Counted from the first letter of the stretch, positions 30,180 to 40,355 are shown. The stretch is DNA of 64,000 bases from Oxalobacteraceae bacterium (GCA_010024875.1 RGFZ01000010.1:4728-68727), one strand, 5' to 3'. Notes: generated by a model not told the origin, from the letters alone. Made by a program: numbers and translations.

Positions 30180-30958
30180 GCAAGAAACCCCTGACCGTTG
30201 TCACAGGTGGAGCGAGCGGCATTGGCGCAGCCTGTGCACGTCATCATGTGAAGCGCGGCGACACCGTGATCGTGCTCGACCTGCCTGCCGGCTGGTCGGA
30301 CGCCAAGGCCAAAGACCTCGGTGTCAAAGCATTTTATGCATGCGATGTACTGGATGACCAGCGTGTGCGCGACGTCGCAGCACTAATCGAACAAGAACAC
30401 GGCGCTATCGACTACCTAATCAACAGTGCCGGTATCCTGCAGCGCAAGCTGCCACCTGAACAGCTACCGATGGATCACTGGGATGCGGTCACTAACATTG
30501 ACTTGCGCGGCACCTACCTGTGCTGTGCAGTGTTCGGTTCACGCATGGCGGCGCGGGGGTACGGAGCCATCGTCAACATTGCCTCCATCACCAGCTTCCG
30601 CTCCTCTCCTTTGCATGCATATGGTCCAGCCAAGGCGGCAGTCGCATCGCTCACCATGGGACTCGCTGCAGAATGGGGACGTTCCGGTGTGCGAGTGAAT
30701 GCGGTCGCTCCTGGCTTCACGCTGACCGAGGGCTTGCAGGCGGCAATTGATCGTGGTGACCGTGATCCTGCGGAACTGGCGCAGCCCTCAGCAATGAACC
30801 GTCTGGTGATGCCCGATGAAGTCGCCGATGGCATCGGCTTCTTGTTGTCCGATGCGGCACGTGCCATCACGGGCATCACCATGCCCATCGACTGTGGCTG
30901 GATGGCCGGAAGCACCTGGGATACCTGGGGCGGCATGCAGGGCCCACGCAAATCCTGA
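30176..30958 (+). CDS. Short-chain dehydrogenase/reductase embedded in the ABC operon
   Basis: TGGASGIG, NSAG, NIAS, YGPAK; ATGA overlap with livM. Confidence 0.92.
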   Translation: MSKKPLTVVTGGASGIGAACARHHVKRGDTVIVLDLPAGWSDAKAKDLGVKAFYACDVLDDQRVRDVAALIEQEHGAIDYLINSAGILQRKLPPEQLPMDHWDAVTNIDLRGTYLCCAVFGSRMAARGYGAIVNIASITSFRSSPLHAYGPAKAAVASLTMGLAAEWGRSGVRVNAVAPGFTLTEGLQAAIDRGDRDPAELAQPSAMNRLVMPDEVADGIGFLLSDAARAITGITMPIDCGWMAGSTWDTWGGMQGPRKS

Positions 30959-30992
30959 ACGATCTTTGAGAGCATAACCACACGGACAGGCC

Positions 30993-31745
30993 ATGCTGAA
31001 AGTCGAGAATCTTCGCAAATCCTTCGGCGGGGTGGTCGCGACCTCGGATGTGTCGATCGACTTTGCCGCCGGCTCGCTGTCGGCAGTGATCGGCCCCAAT
31101 GGCGCGGGCAAGACCACCTTCTTCAATCTGATCTCGGGCGGCTTGCAGCCGGATTCCGGTCGCATCCTGCTTGATGGCGAGGATATCGTCGGCCTGCCCA
31201 GCAGCGAGATCGTGCGCAAAGGGATTGGTCGCGCATTCCAGGTCGCCAAGCTTTTCAAATCGCTGACCGTGGAAGAATCGCTGCGCGGCGCGCTGCAATC
31301 GCCGCTGGGGCAGTCGCTGCAGATGCGCGGCCGCTTTCCTACTGACGACACGCGCGATCGCGCCCATGAAGTGATGGAACAGCTTGGACTGCAGGACAAG
31401 GCTGATGTCGTCAGCGGCAATCTGTCGCACGGCGACCAGAAGCTGCTCGATATCGCGCTGGCGCTGGTGCTCAAACCCAAGGTGCTGCTGCTAGACGAAC
31501 CGGTGGCAGGCATGGGGCCTGAAGAACGCTGGCAGATGATCGACACGGTCTATGCGCTCTGGAAGCAAGGCGGCCTGACTGTCGTGCTCATCGAGCATGA
31601 CATGGAGATCGTGTTCAAGGTGTCGCAACATATTCATGTGCTCTCTTACGGCAAGCTGCTTGCGCAGGGAACACCGGATGAGATCCGCAACAACCCGGCA
31701 GTGATCGAGGCCTACCTGGGCACACCGAAAGAGGCCCACGCATGA
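30993..31745 (+). CDS. livG: ABC ATP-binding protein (LivG family)
   Basis: GPNGAGKT, LSHGDQK, LLLDEP, IEHDM, EAYLG. Confidence 0.93.
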   Translation: MLKVENLRKSFGGVVATSDVSIDFAAGSLSAVIGPNGAGKTTFFNLISGGLQPDSGRILLDGEDIVGLPSSEIVRKGIGRAFQVAKLFKSLTVEESLRGALQSPLGQSLQMRGRFPTDDTRDRAHEVMEQLGLQDKADVVSGNLSHGDQKLLDIALALVLKPKVLLLDEPVAGMGPEERWQMIDTVYALWKQGGLTVVLIEHDMEIVFKVSQHIHVLSYGKLLAQGTPDEIRNNPAVIEAYLGTPKEAHA

Positions 31746-32452
31746 GCGGCATGCTGACAGTCAAGTCCCTCGACGTGAGTTACGGCAGCAGCCAGGTACT
31801 GTTCGGACTACAGCTCAACGTGAACCAAGGCGAGACGCTCGCGCTATTGGGACGCAATGGTGCCGGCAAGAGCACAACCATGAAAGCCATCGCCGGTGTG
31901 ATTCCTGCGAAACGCGGCAGTATCGAGCTGCAAGGCAAATCCATCACCGGCCAGCCTTCGCACAAGATCGCACGCGCCGGCATCGGCTTCGTGCCGGAAG
32001 ACCGACAGATCTTCATTGATCTCTCCGTTGATGACAACCTGCGCATCGCCGCCAAGCGCGGCGTGCATGGCGAAGAGGACTGGAGCATAGAACGCGTATA
32101 CGACATGCTGCCGCTGCTAAAACCCTTGCGCGAGCGTCTGGGTGGACAGCTGTCGGGCGGTGAACAGCAGATGCTGACTATCGGCCGCTCATTAATGGGC
32201 AATCCCAGCCTGCTGCTATTGGACGAACCCAGCGAAGGCTTAGCACCCATCATGGTTCAAAAAATCGGCGAGCTCGTCGATAACCTGCGCAAGCTTGGCA
32301 CCACCATTATTCTGGCCGAGCAAAATCTGCATTTCTGCCTTGGCCTAGCAGATCGCGCGGTGGTGATCGATAAAGGCTGCGACGTTTTCGAGGGCAGCAT
32401 TCGCGAGTTGGAAGCCAATGCGGAAGTGAAGCAGCGCTATCTGTCCGTATAA
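31742..32452 (+). CDS. livF: ABC ATP-binding protein (LivF family)
   Basis: GRNGAGKS, LSGGEQQ, LLLDEPSEGLAP, EQN. Confidence 0.93.
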   Translation: MSGMLTVKSLDVSYGSSQVLFGLQLNVNQGETLALLGRNGAGKSTTMKAIAGVIPAKRGSIELQGKSITGQPSHKIARAGIGFVPEDRQIFIDLSVDDNLRIAAKRGVHGEEDWSIERVYDMLPLLKPLRERLGGQLSGGEQQMLTIGRSLMGNPSLLLLDEPSEGLAPIMVQKIGELVDNLRKLGTTIILAEQNLHFCLGLADRAVVIDKGCDVFEGSIRELEANAEVKQRYLSV

Positions 32453-32516
32453 GAGCGGCGCTTTGCCCAATGCCAGTCAGTTAAGCCGAAACGTCCCGAT
32501 ATACGACATGAGACAC

Positions 32517-32595
32517 TGGGTCTCGGCCCGCGCCGGGACGACGATATTGAGACCCGTAGCACCTAAAATGTCACCCCGGCGCGGATCGGGATCTT
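32517..32595. repeat. Second, more diverged inverted pair of the same REP-like element
   Basis: tgggtctcggcccgcgccgggacgac (32517-32542; 22/26 identical to 22638-22663) and gtcaccccggcgcggatcggg (from 32570), 27-bp spacer. Confidence 0.65.
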
Positions 32596-32658
32596 GCGAC
32601 TTTACGATGAGCAGCGACAATCGCCATCCTAAGCAGACTTCAAACCCAGAGAGGCCTC

Positions 32659-33405
32659 ATGAGTTCTACCCTTCCCAAAGCCTTCGACATGCAAGGCCTG
32701 CGCGTGCTGATCACTGGTGCTGCGGGCGGCATTGGTTCTGAAACCGCAAAATTATGCAGCCAGCTGGGCGCAACGACGGTACTCACCGATGTCGCCAGTA
32801 GTTTGGAGAGAATGGCGATGCAGGCTTCTGCGCTGCCTGGTATCGAAGCAGTTGAGCCTCTGGACATTGCGGATCGCCGCGCGGTCGAGACACTGGTTGC
32901 CAGCCACGCTCCCTTTGATGCGCTGATCGATACCGCCGCAATATGTCCCTTCGATGAAGACTGGATGCAGCCGGAATGGGACGACAAATTTCATCGGGTG
33001 ATGAAAGTGAATGTGCTCGGGCCAATCAATCTGGTCAGAGCCGTCATGCCCGGCATGATAAAGCGCAAGCAGGGCAGCATTGCGCTGTGCGGCTCGATTG
33101 CAGGCTGGATGGGCGGCCTGCTGGCTGCCCCGCATTATGCGGCTTCGAAAGGCAGCGTCCATGCGCTGGTCCGATGGTTTGCGCAGCGCGCCACGCCTCA
33201 TCATGTGAGAGTGAATGCGGTCGCCCCTGGGCCGATAGCCACCGGGATGACCGATGGACAGCCCTACAACAAAGACAATTACCCGATGAAGCGCATGGGG
33301 GATCCGCAAGAGATTGCGAATGCGCTCGTGTTTTTATCCTCGCCTGCAGCGTCATTCATTGCGGGCAGCGTGATGGATGTGAATGGTGGTGTGCTGATGC
33401 GTTAA
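32659..33405 (+). CDS. Short-chain dehydrogenase/reductase
   Basis: TGAAGGIG, CGSIAG, HYAASKG, NAVAPG. Confidence 0.92.
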   Translation: MSSTLPKAFDMQGLRVLITGAAGGIGSETAKLCSQLGATTVLTDVASSLERMAMQASALPGIEAVEPLDIADRRAVETLVASHAPFDALIDTAAICPFDEDWMQPEWDDKFHRVMKVNVLGPINLVRAVMPGMIKRKQGSIALCGSIAGWMGGLLAAPHYAASKGSVHALVRWFAQRATPHHVRVNAVAPGPIATGMTDGQPYNKDNYPMKRMGDPQEIANALVFLSSPAASFIAGSVMDVNGGVLMR

Positions 33406-33412
33406 CGAGATA

Positions 33413-35035
33413 TTAGGTGCTTAGAGAGAAACCCTGATACCCCGCCTGCGTCCTCTCTTCGACAATCTTGCGGTATTTCGCAAAACCCCCAGCATACGGC
33501 ATGAACACCCGCGGCTTGCCAGGCACATTCGCGCCAAGGTACCAAGAGTGGGTTGCACTGGGCAGCAAGGTGGAGTTGGCAGCTTCGTTCACCTCCAACA
33601 CCCAGCTGTGGGCAGCTTGATCGTCTGCTTCGATGCACCGCACGCCATGCTCTCGCATATGCGCGATGCAATTGGTGATCCAGTCCACATGATGCTCGAT
33701 TGCGGGCGGCATATTGCAAAGCACGGAAGGACTGCCCGGACCTGTCACGGTGAACATATTCGGGAAACCCGGTACCTGCAGTCCCAGATAATTGCGTGGA
33801 CCGGCGTGCCATGCGTCCTTGAGCCTCAGCCCATCCCGGCCCTCGATATCAATTTTCAGTAGCGAGCCAGTCATCGCATCGAATCCTGTTGCGAAGACGA
33901 TGATATCGAGCGGATACACTTTTTCTGCAGTTTTTATACCGCTGCTCGTAATGCGCTCGATAGGATGCTTGCGAATGTTGACCAGGTCGACATGCGGCAG
34001 GTTGTAGGTCTCGAAGTAATGCGAATCTACTGGTGGCCGCTTGGCGGCAAACGGATGGTCGATATCGGCTAGCAGTTCAGCTGTAGTCTCGTCTTTTACG
34101 ATAGCGCGGATCTTGCGCCGAATGAAATCAGCAACCACTTTGTTCGCGCGCGCATCAAGCAAGGTGTCAGAAAATTCGGCACGAAATGCGAGCCCACCTT
34201 TGGCCCAAGCTGCTTCAAAGATCTGCTCGCGCTCGTCATCACTGACGTCGAACACTGAGCGGCTCTTGATATAGAAAGGGTGCGCATTGGTGTTCGAATT
34301 CATGATCACATGAATATCGTTCGCATGCTCTTTAGCGTAGCGCTTGAATTCTTCAGTAAGCGGCGCATTGCGCGCAGGGATGCTGTAGTTTGCCGTGCGC
34401 TGAAATACCGTCAGGTGCTTGGCTTGCGCAGCGATCACGGGTATCGCCTGTATGCCCGTCGATCCGGTACCAACCACGCCGACCCGCTTACCAGTGAAAT
34501 CTACACCTTCGTGCGGCCATTGCCCGGTGTGATACCAATCTCCACCAAAATCATTGAGTCCATCGATCTTGGGTACATTGGCTGACGACAAACAACCCAC
34601 TGCAGTAATGAAGTAGGTGCATTGGAAGATCTCTCCCTGCTCGGTCGTCACCGTCCAGCGATTGGCAGCTTTGTCGTAACGCGCGGATTTGACGCGTGTA
34701 TTCAGCTGAATATCACGGCGCAGATCAAAACGATCAGCGACATGATTCAGGTAGCGCAGAATCTCGGGCTGCTCCGGGTAGCGTTCGGTCCAGTTCCATT
34801 CGGCCAGCAACTCTTTGGAGAAGTAGTAAGAATAGGAATGACTCTCCGAATCGCAGCGCGCCCCAGGATAGCGGTTCCAGTACCAAGTGCCACCCAACCC
34901 ATCGGCGGCCTCCAACACCCGGGCCTTGAGCCCCAACTTGTCGCGCAGCGAGAGAAGTTGATACATTCCGGAAAAACCAGCACCGATGATTACCGCGTCA
35001 AATTCCTGAGCAACGACTGAAGCAGCTAATGCCAT
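33413..35035 (-). CDS. Type I Baeyer-Villiger monooxygenase (cyclohexanone/phenylacetone monooxygenase family)
   Basis: GAGFSG, GGTWYWNRYPGARCD, fingerprint FGGDWYHTGQWP, GTGSTG, ATGFDA; start 35035 (AGGA RBS) or 35074. Confidence 0.95.
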   Translation of the reverse strand: MALAASVVAQEFDAVIIGAGFSGMYQLLSLRDKLGLKARVLEAADGLGGTWYWNRYPGARCDSESHSYSYYFSKELLAEWNWTERYPEQPEILRYLNHVADRFDLRRDIQLNTRVKSARYDKAANRWTVTTEQGEIFQCTYFITAVGCLSSANVPKIDGLNDFGGDWYHTGQWPHEGVDFTGKRVGVVGTGSTGIQAIPVIAAQAKHLTVFQRTANYSIPARNAPLTEEFKRYAKEHANDIHVIMNSNTNAHPFYIKSRSVFDVSDDEREQIFEAAWAKGGLAFRAEFSDTLLDARANKVVADFIRRKIRAIVKDETTAELLADIDHPFAAKRPPVDSHYFETYNLPHVDLVNIRKHPIERITSSGIKTAEKVYPLDIIVFATGFDAMTGSLLKIDIEGRDGLRLKDAWHAGPRNYLGLQVPGFPNMFTVTGPGSPSVLCNMPPAIEHHVDWITNCIAHMREHGVRCIEADDQAAHSWVLEVNEAANSTLLPSATHSWYLGANVPGKPRVFMPYAGGFAKYRKIVEERTQAGYQGFSLST

Positions 35036-35096
35036 GATGTCCTGTCCGGTGGGTAGTTCTTCTAAATTCAGCATTTTTTAGGATGCCATACTGATA

Positions 35097-35756
35097 TCAG
35101 GTTAGCGGACATTCAACACCTGCCTCGGCCAGCGCCTGCTTGAGCAAAGCCCGCGCCATCCAGCGCGCAGTGGCTTCGGTCTCCGAAATGGAGGCATCCC
35201 AGATGTCTTTGAACACTACATAGGATTCTATGCCGTAAATCAGGGACAGCGCGCGAACCAGTCGGTCGAAGCGACGCTTGCCCAGCGTGGTCTTCAGCGG
35301 TTTTGCCGCCTCGGTCAGGAGTTTGCGCCGAAAGCCTCGCTTGTACTGATCTTCTTTCAGCGCGCCCGCCTGTGCGAGCAACTGATGCTCCAACGAGACT
35401 AACAGCGCGGCACGCAGCTGGGTTTCATATTCCTTAAAGCGCGGGAACGTGTTTTCAAAAAGCTCCATGACGCGATCAACACCGTCCTCGTGCCCGGATA
35501 CCCAGCTACGCACCGGGCCAAGGCTGAAATCGGTCAGGTCGGCGATTAGCCGCGCGCGGGTTGGAAAGTGGCGGTAAGCCGTAGCTCTCGAGACACCGGC
35601 CTCATTCGCAAGCTCGGTCACTGAGGGCAGCCTTCCTCGATTGACCATCTCTACTGCGGTCTCGAGCAAGGTCGCGCGCATGCGTGCCGACACATTCGAC
35701 AACTGTATTTCTTTCTGCTCGCGATTATTTGCTCTAGTTGTTGTACTGGCATTCAT
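35097..35756 (-). CDS. TetR/AcrR family transcriptional regulator
   Basis: HTH SVTELANEAGVSRATAYRHFPTR; start uncertain (35756 chosen). Confidence 0.9.
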   Translation of the reverse strand: MNASTTTRANNREQKEIQLSNVSARMRATLLETAVEMVNRGRLPSVTELANEAGVSRATAYRHFPTRARLIADLTDFSLGPVRSWVSGHEDGVDRVMELFENTFPRFKEYETQLRAALLVSLEHQLLAQAGALKEDQYKRGFRRKLLTEAAKPLKTTLGKRRFDRLVRALSLIYGIESYVVFKDIWDASISETEATARWMARALLKQALAEAGVECPLT

Positions 35757-35873
35757 GCTTGTTGAATTAATGTGGTGTGCTGATTTCGATAACCAAGGAT
35801 TTGGAAAACCAATAAGTAATTTTTTATCACTTGTCGTAATGAATAATTTGGTGCGTCGCACGACATGAATTGA

Positions 35874-35937
35874 TTGACTCTTGTATTTTTAATCCACTAC
35901 GATGAACTCAGAAAAAGAGACTGCAGTATCGTTTTTT
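35874..35937 (+). promoter_or_regulatory. Putative sigma70 promoter and overlapping palindromic operator for the 36005 operon
   Basis: TTGACT(35874)-18 nt-TACGAT(35898); imperfect palindrome AAAAAGAGACTGCAGTATCGTTTTT at 35912-35937 near the predicted +1. Confidence 0.5.
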
Positions 35938-36004
35938 CCAGTAGCGCCCGCAAGACCTCTCTGATGATGGAGAGCACTCAAAACAATAATGGAGATCGGG
36001 ACCT

Positions 36005-36898
36005 GTGAAAATCGTCACCTATCAATGGGGTGGGCAACGTCATGTTGGTCGCTTGTCTGCGGACGGTAAGGATGTCACGCCGTTTCAGTTCGAGGGTAAG
36101 TGGCGTGAGCGCGCGAGCAGCCGGGGAGCGCTGGCGCTGATCGAGATGCAGACAGAAGGCCATACACCCCTCTCGATGGGCGCGCCCAGCCTTCCATTTT
36201 CTGCAATTACCCTAGAAGCACCGATACCACGGCCCAGACGGAATATTTTCTGCGTCGGCAAAAATTACACCGAACATGCAAAGGAATTCGCCGGCAGCGG
36301 CTTCGATTCCAGCGCGACGAAACCGGGCGATGACCTACCTGAAGCTCCCTATGTTTTTTCCAAAGTGCCCGAGTGCGTGATTGCGCCCGGTGCCACGATA
36401 CGCATCCCTTCAAAAATATCAACCGCGATCGACTACGAGGGCGAGCTAGCTGTTGTGATCGGCAAGGGCGGCTACAGCATTTCGAAGGCGCGCGCGCTCG
36501 ATCATGTATGGGGCTACACCATCCTGAATGATGTGACCTCGCGCGACTGGCAGCAGCGCCACAAGCAATGGCACATGGGAAAGAGCTTCGATACCTTTGG
36601 ACCGATGGGACCTTGCCTAGTGTCAGCAGATGAATGCGATGGCACGAACACGAGGCTGCGCACCTGGGTGAATGGCGAGTTGCGGCAGGATGCGCATACC
36701 ACAGATCTGATTTTCGATATTCCGACGCTGATCGAATGTATCTCCTCCGGTATCACGCTCTATCCCGGCGACATCATCGCGACGGGTACGCCAGTCGGTG
36801 TCGGTATCGGTTTCAAGCCGCCGAAGTATCTGCGGGCAGGCGACAAGGTACGCATCGACATCGACGGTATCGGTACGCTAGAGAACCCTGTCTTATAG
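36005..36898 (+). CDS. Fumarylacetoacetate hydrolase family protein
   Basis: CVGKNY..H, DYEGEL, NDVTSRD, GKSFDTF.PMGP, TGTP.GVG. Confidence 0.93.
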   Translation: MKIVTYQWGGQRHVGRLSADGKDVTPFQFEGKWRERASSRGALALIEMQTEGHTPLSMGAPSLPFSAITLEAPIPRPRRNIFCVGKNYTEHAKEFAGSGFDSSATKPGDDLPEAPYVFSKVPECVIAPGATIRIPSKISTAIDYEGELAVVIGKGGYSISKARALDHVWGYTILNDVTSRDWQQRHKQWHMGKSFDTFGPMGPCLVSADECDGTNTRLRTWVNGELRQDAHTTDLIFDIPTLIECISSGITLYPGDIIATGTPVGVGIGFKPPKYLRAGDKVRIDIDGIGTLENPVL

Positions 36899-36906
36899 GA
36901 GCGCTC

Positions 36907-38193
36907 ATGGGCCAATTTGTCTTTACAAATGTCCGCATCTTCGACGGCACGGGCGAGCTGCCTTACAGCGGGGAGGTGCAGGTCGAAGGCAATCGCATCA
37001 CGCGCGTTGCGCGCGGCACTCGCTCACTAGCTACGCCGGGCGCATTGGTGATCGATGGTGCGGGTGCGACGCTGATGCCCGGCATGACCGAGGCGCACAC
37101 GCACTTCAGCTGGAATGATGCGCCCTCTCTAGGGCAGATACAGCGAATGCCGCCAGAAGAACACATTCTCTGGTGCGCGCATGTTGCTGAGCGTCTGCTG
37201 AAGGCAGGCTGGACATCCTGCGTCGGTGCGGCGACAGCCAAGCCGCGACTGGATGTAGTCACCCGCAACGCGATCAACTCCGGACAAATTCCCGGTCCGC
37301 GCTATCTGGCGGCAAGTCAGGAAATCACCGTACCCGGCGGGCTCGGCGATGAGACTTTGCCTCACCTACCGTTTGAAGAATTCAGCTTTGGCGCAGTGGT
37401 GAATGGTGCAGATGAAATGCGCAAAGTCGTGCGCATGTTCTTGAAGTACGGTGTTGATACGATCAAGCTCAACCTCTCGGGCGAATATATTGCCGGAATA
37501 CCTGCTGAATTTACCCCAATGACCGATGCAGAGGTCGCGGTTGCGGTAGAAGAAGCCCGTATGCGTGGCAAGCGCCTCTCAGCGCATGCACGCTCTTGCG
37601 GCTCGGTACGGCAATGTGTGAAACATGGCATTGATCTCATTTATCACGCCAGCTTCACCGATGATGAAACGCTGGACATGCTGGAAGCGAAGAAAGACAA
37701 GCATTTTGTCGCGCCGGGTCTTGCTTGGTTGATCAACACTTCGTATCACGCATCCGAATGGGGCGTGACGCCGGAGATGGCGAAGGACATGGGCTATCAC
37801 CGCGAGCTGGAAGTAGCCATCGACAGCCTGAAGAAAATGCATAAACGCGGCATTCGCATCCTGCCGGGCGGCGACTATGGCTTTGCCTGGACCAAGCATG
37901 GCACGAATGCGAAAGACCTCGAGTATTTCGTAAAGTACCTCGGCATGACACCAATGGAAGCGCTGATCTCCGCCACGAAGTATGGCGGTCAGATCATGAT
38001 GCAACCGCATGAACTGGGACAGATCAAGGAGGGCTATCTGGCTGACATGCTTCTGGTGGATGGCGATCCACTCGCGAATATCAGCGTTCTGCAAGATCAG
38101 ACACGCATTCTCGCGGTGATGAAAGATGGCAAATTCTACAAAGAGCCGGTGATGCGCTCGGAACGCAGCGTGTATTCGCTGTCTGCAGCATAG
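36907..38193 (+). CDS. Metal-dependent amidohydrolase (prolidase/ochratoxinase-like subgroup), copy 1
   Basis: PGMTEAHTH, IKLNLSG, AHAR, IYHA, GGDYG, G.IKEGYLAD. Confidence 0.9.
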   Translation: MGQFVFTNVRIFDGTGELPYSGEVQVEGNRITRVARGTRSLATPGALVIDGAGATLMPGMTEAHTHFSWNDAPSLGQIQRMPPEEHILWCAHVAERLLKAGWTSCVGAATAKPRLDVVTRNAINSGQIPGPRYLAASQEITVPGGLGDETLPHLPFEEFSFGAVVNGADEMRKVVRMFLKYGVDTIKLNLSGEYIAGIPAEFTPMTDAEVAVAVEEARMRGKRLSAHARSCGSVRQCVKHGIDLIYHASFTDDETLDMLEAKKDKHFVAPGLAWLINTSYHASEWGVTPEMAKDMGYHRELEVAIDSLKKMHKRGIRILPGGDYGFAWTKHGTNAKDLEYFVKYLGMTPMEALISATKYGGQIMMQPHELGQIKEGYLADMLLVDGDPLANISVLQDQTRILAVMKDGKFYKEPVMRSERSVYSLSAA

Positions 38194-38206
38194 AGGAAAC
38201 CTTCGA

Positions 38207-38983
38207 ATGAGCTTGCATACCGTCGACCGTATGGCTTACGAGATCCAAGGAGAAGGCGATGCCGTGCTGATGATTCACGGCCTCGGTGGAAGCTCGAATG
38301 TCTGGACGCCGCTGATGGGGGCGTTTTCGCGCAACACGGTATTACGCTTGGATTTGCCCGGCTCGGCGCGTTCAAGCCGCGTCGAAGGTCCTCTCAGCAT
38401 TGCCAAATATGTAGATGCCTGTGTGCGCGTGATGGGTGTAGCCGGCATTGAGCGCGCGCATGTCATCGGACACTCGATGGGCACTATCGTCGCCACACAT
38501 CTCGCCGTGAGCGAACCCTCGATGGTGAAAAGCCTCGCGCTGTTCGGTCCGCTGCTCGCTCCGCCAGACCCAGCGCGATCGGCGCTGCGCACACGCGGCG
38601 CAAAGGCGCGTGATGAGGGATTACAGGGAATGCATACGATCGCAGAGACGCTGGCTGCGGCATCAATCTCGACCAGCAACCGCACACGCAAACCTGTCGC
38701 GCTCGCCTATGTGCGCGAATCGCTGATGCGGCAAGATCCTGAGGGCTATGCGCGTTCCTGTGAAGCACTGGCTGATGCGCAGCCCGCCGATGTATCAATG
38801 CTCGATTGCCCGGTGCTATTGGTGACCGGCGACGAAGACGCGGTCGCACCTGCGCAATCGGTACGAATGATGACTGATAAATTCAAGCAGGCGCGTATGG
38901 AAGTGCTGCGTGACTGCGGACACTGGACACCGACCGAGCAGCCGGAAGAATGCATGCGGCTGCTGGAGCGTTTTTACGCGTAA
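38207..38983 (+). CDS. Alpha/beta-fold hydrolase (enol-lactonase-like)
   Basis: HGLGG, GHSMG nucleophile, GDED, CGHW. Confidence 0.9.
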   Translation: MSLHTVDRMAYEIQGEGDAVLMIHGLGGSSNVWTPLMGAFSRNTVLRLDLPGSARSSRVEGPLSIAKYVDACVRVMGVAGIERAHVIGHSMGTIVATHLAVSEPSMVKSLALFGPLLAPPDPARSALRTRGAKARDEGLQGMHTIAETLAAASISTSNRTRKPVALAYVRESLMRQDPEGYARSCEALADAQPADVSMLDCPVLLVTGDEDAVAPAQSVRMMTDKFKQARMEVLRDCGHWTPTEQPEECMRLLERFYA

Positions 38984-39042
38984 AAATTTGTGCGCCTGCA
39001 TCGGGCGCTGATCACTGCAACACCACCGGGGAGGAGGCAGCG

Positions 39043-40335
39043 ATGGCTAACGTGCTGTTCACCAATGTGCAAATTCTGGATGGATCAGGCAATCAGCCCT
39101 ATCGGGGTGAGGTACTGATCGAGGGAAAGCGTATCTCGCGTGTATCACCAGCGGGTACGGGAATGCCCATGGCGGGTGTGACCGTCATCGATGGCGCGGG
39201 TGCGACACTGATGCCAGGCATGGTCGAAGGTCACACCCATTTCGCTTGGAATAATGCAGCGACGCTGGACGGCATTCAGGTGATGCCGCCGGAAGAGCAT
39301 ACGCTATGGACCGCGGGTGTTGCGAAGACTTATCTGTCGCATGGCTGGACGTCCTGCATGGGTGCGGCAACAGCTAAGCCTCGCCTTGATGTGGTGGTAC
39401 GCAATGCCATCAATAGCGGCATGATTCCCGGTCCACGTTATCTGGCGGCGAGCCAGGAGATCACTGTCGCCGGGTCGCTCGGCGACGATATTCCGGTGCA
39501 CATGCCCTACCCCGAATTCAGCTTTGGTCAGGTCGTCAGCGGTCCAGAAGAGATGCGCAAGGTAGTGCGCATGTTCCTGAAATTCGGCGTGGACTCGATC
39601 AAGCTGAATCTGTCAGGCGACAACATCATGAAAGATGCAGACGCTACGACAACCTGGATGAGCGATGAGGAAGTCGCGATCGCCGTCAAAGAAACTAAGC
39701 TGCGCGGCAAGCGCGTGATCGTGCATGCGCGCTCGGCTGAATCCGTGAAGCAGGCAATCCGGCATGGCATCGACCTGATCTTCCATTCGACTTATTGGGA
39801 TGAAGAGTCTCTGGATATGCTCGAATCGGTGAAGGATCGCGTGTTCGTCGTTCCCGGTCTGTCAGTAGTCGTCAAACTCCTGTACGAGGGTGAGCCTTAC
39901 GGATTCACTCGTCAGAAAGCAATAGAGCACGGTTATGAAGACGAGCTGTCAGCTGCAACGGAAGGCCTGACCCGCATGCACAAGCGCGGTATTCGCGTGC
40001 TCCCCGGCGGTGACTATGGTTTTGCCTGGGCGCGTCATGGCGAGAATGCAATGGACCTGCAATATCTGGTCAAGTACGCGGGCATGACACCCATGGAATC
40101 CTTGGTCGCAGCGACCAAACATGGCGGCGCGATCATGATGCAGGAGCATGAACTGGGCCTGATCAAAGAAGGCTATCTTGCCGACCTGCTACTGGTCGAT
40201 GGCAATCCGGCGGCTGATCTAAACATCCTGCTCGACCAGAAAAAGCTTCTGGCCATTATGAAAGATGGCGAGTTCTTCAAAGAGCCCGAGGGCCGTCATG
40301 GCCTAGCCGGACGCTTTGGCCGATTGGCTGCCTGA
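39043..40335 (+). CDS. Metal-dependent amidohydrolase, copy 2 (paralogue of 36907)
   Basis: ATG 39043 after GAGGAGG; PGMVEGHTH, IKLNLSG, VHAR, GGDYG. Confidence 0.9.
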   Translation: MANVLFTNVQILDGSGNQPYRGEVLIEGKRISRVSPAGTGMPMAGVTVIDGAGATLMPGMVEGHTHFAWNNAATLDGIQVMPPEEHTLWTAGVAKTYLSHGWTSCMGAATAKPRLDVVVRNAINSGMIPGPRYLAASQEITVAGSLGDDIPVHMPYPEFSFGQVVSGPEEMRKVVRMFLKFGVDSIKLNLSGDNIMKDADATTTWMSDEEVAIAVKETKLRGKRVIVHARSAESVKQAIRHGIDLIFHSTYWDEESLDMLESVKDRVFVVPGLSVVVKLLYEGEPYGFTRQKAIEHGYEDELSAATEGLTRMHKRGIRVLPGGDYGFAWARHGENAMDLQYLVKYAGMTPMESLVAATKHGGAIMMQEHELGLIKEGYLADLLLVDGNPAADLNILLDQKKLLAIMKDGEFFKEPEGRHGLAGRFGRLAA

Positions 40336-40355
40336 TCGCAGGAACGGAGAAGACG

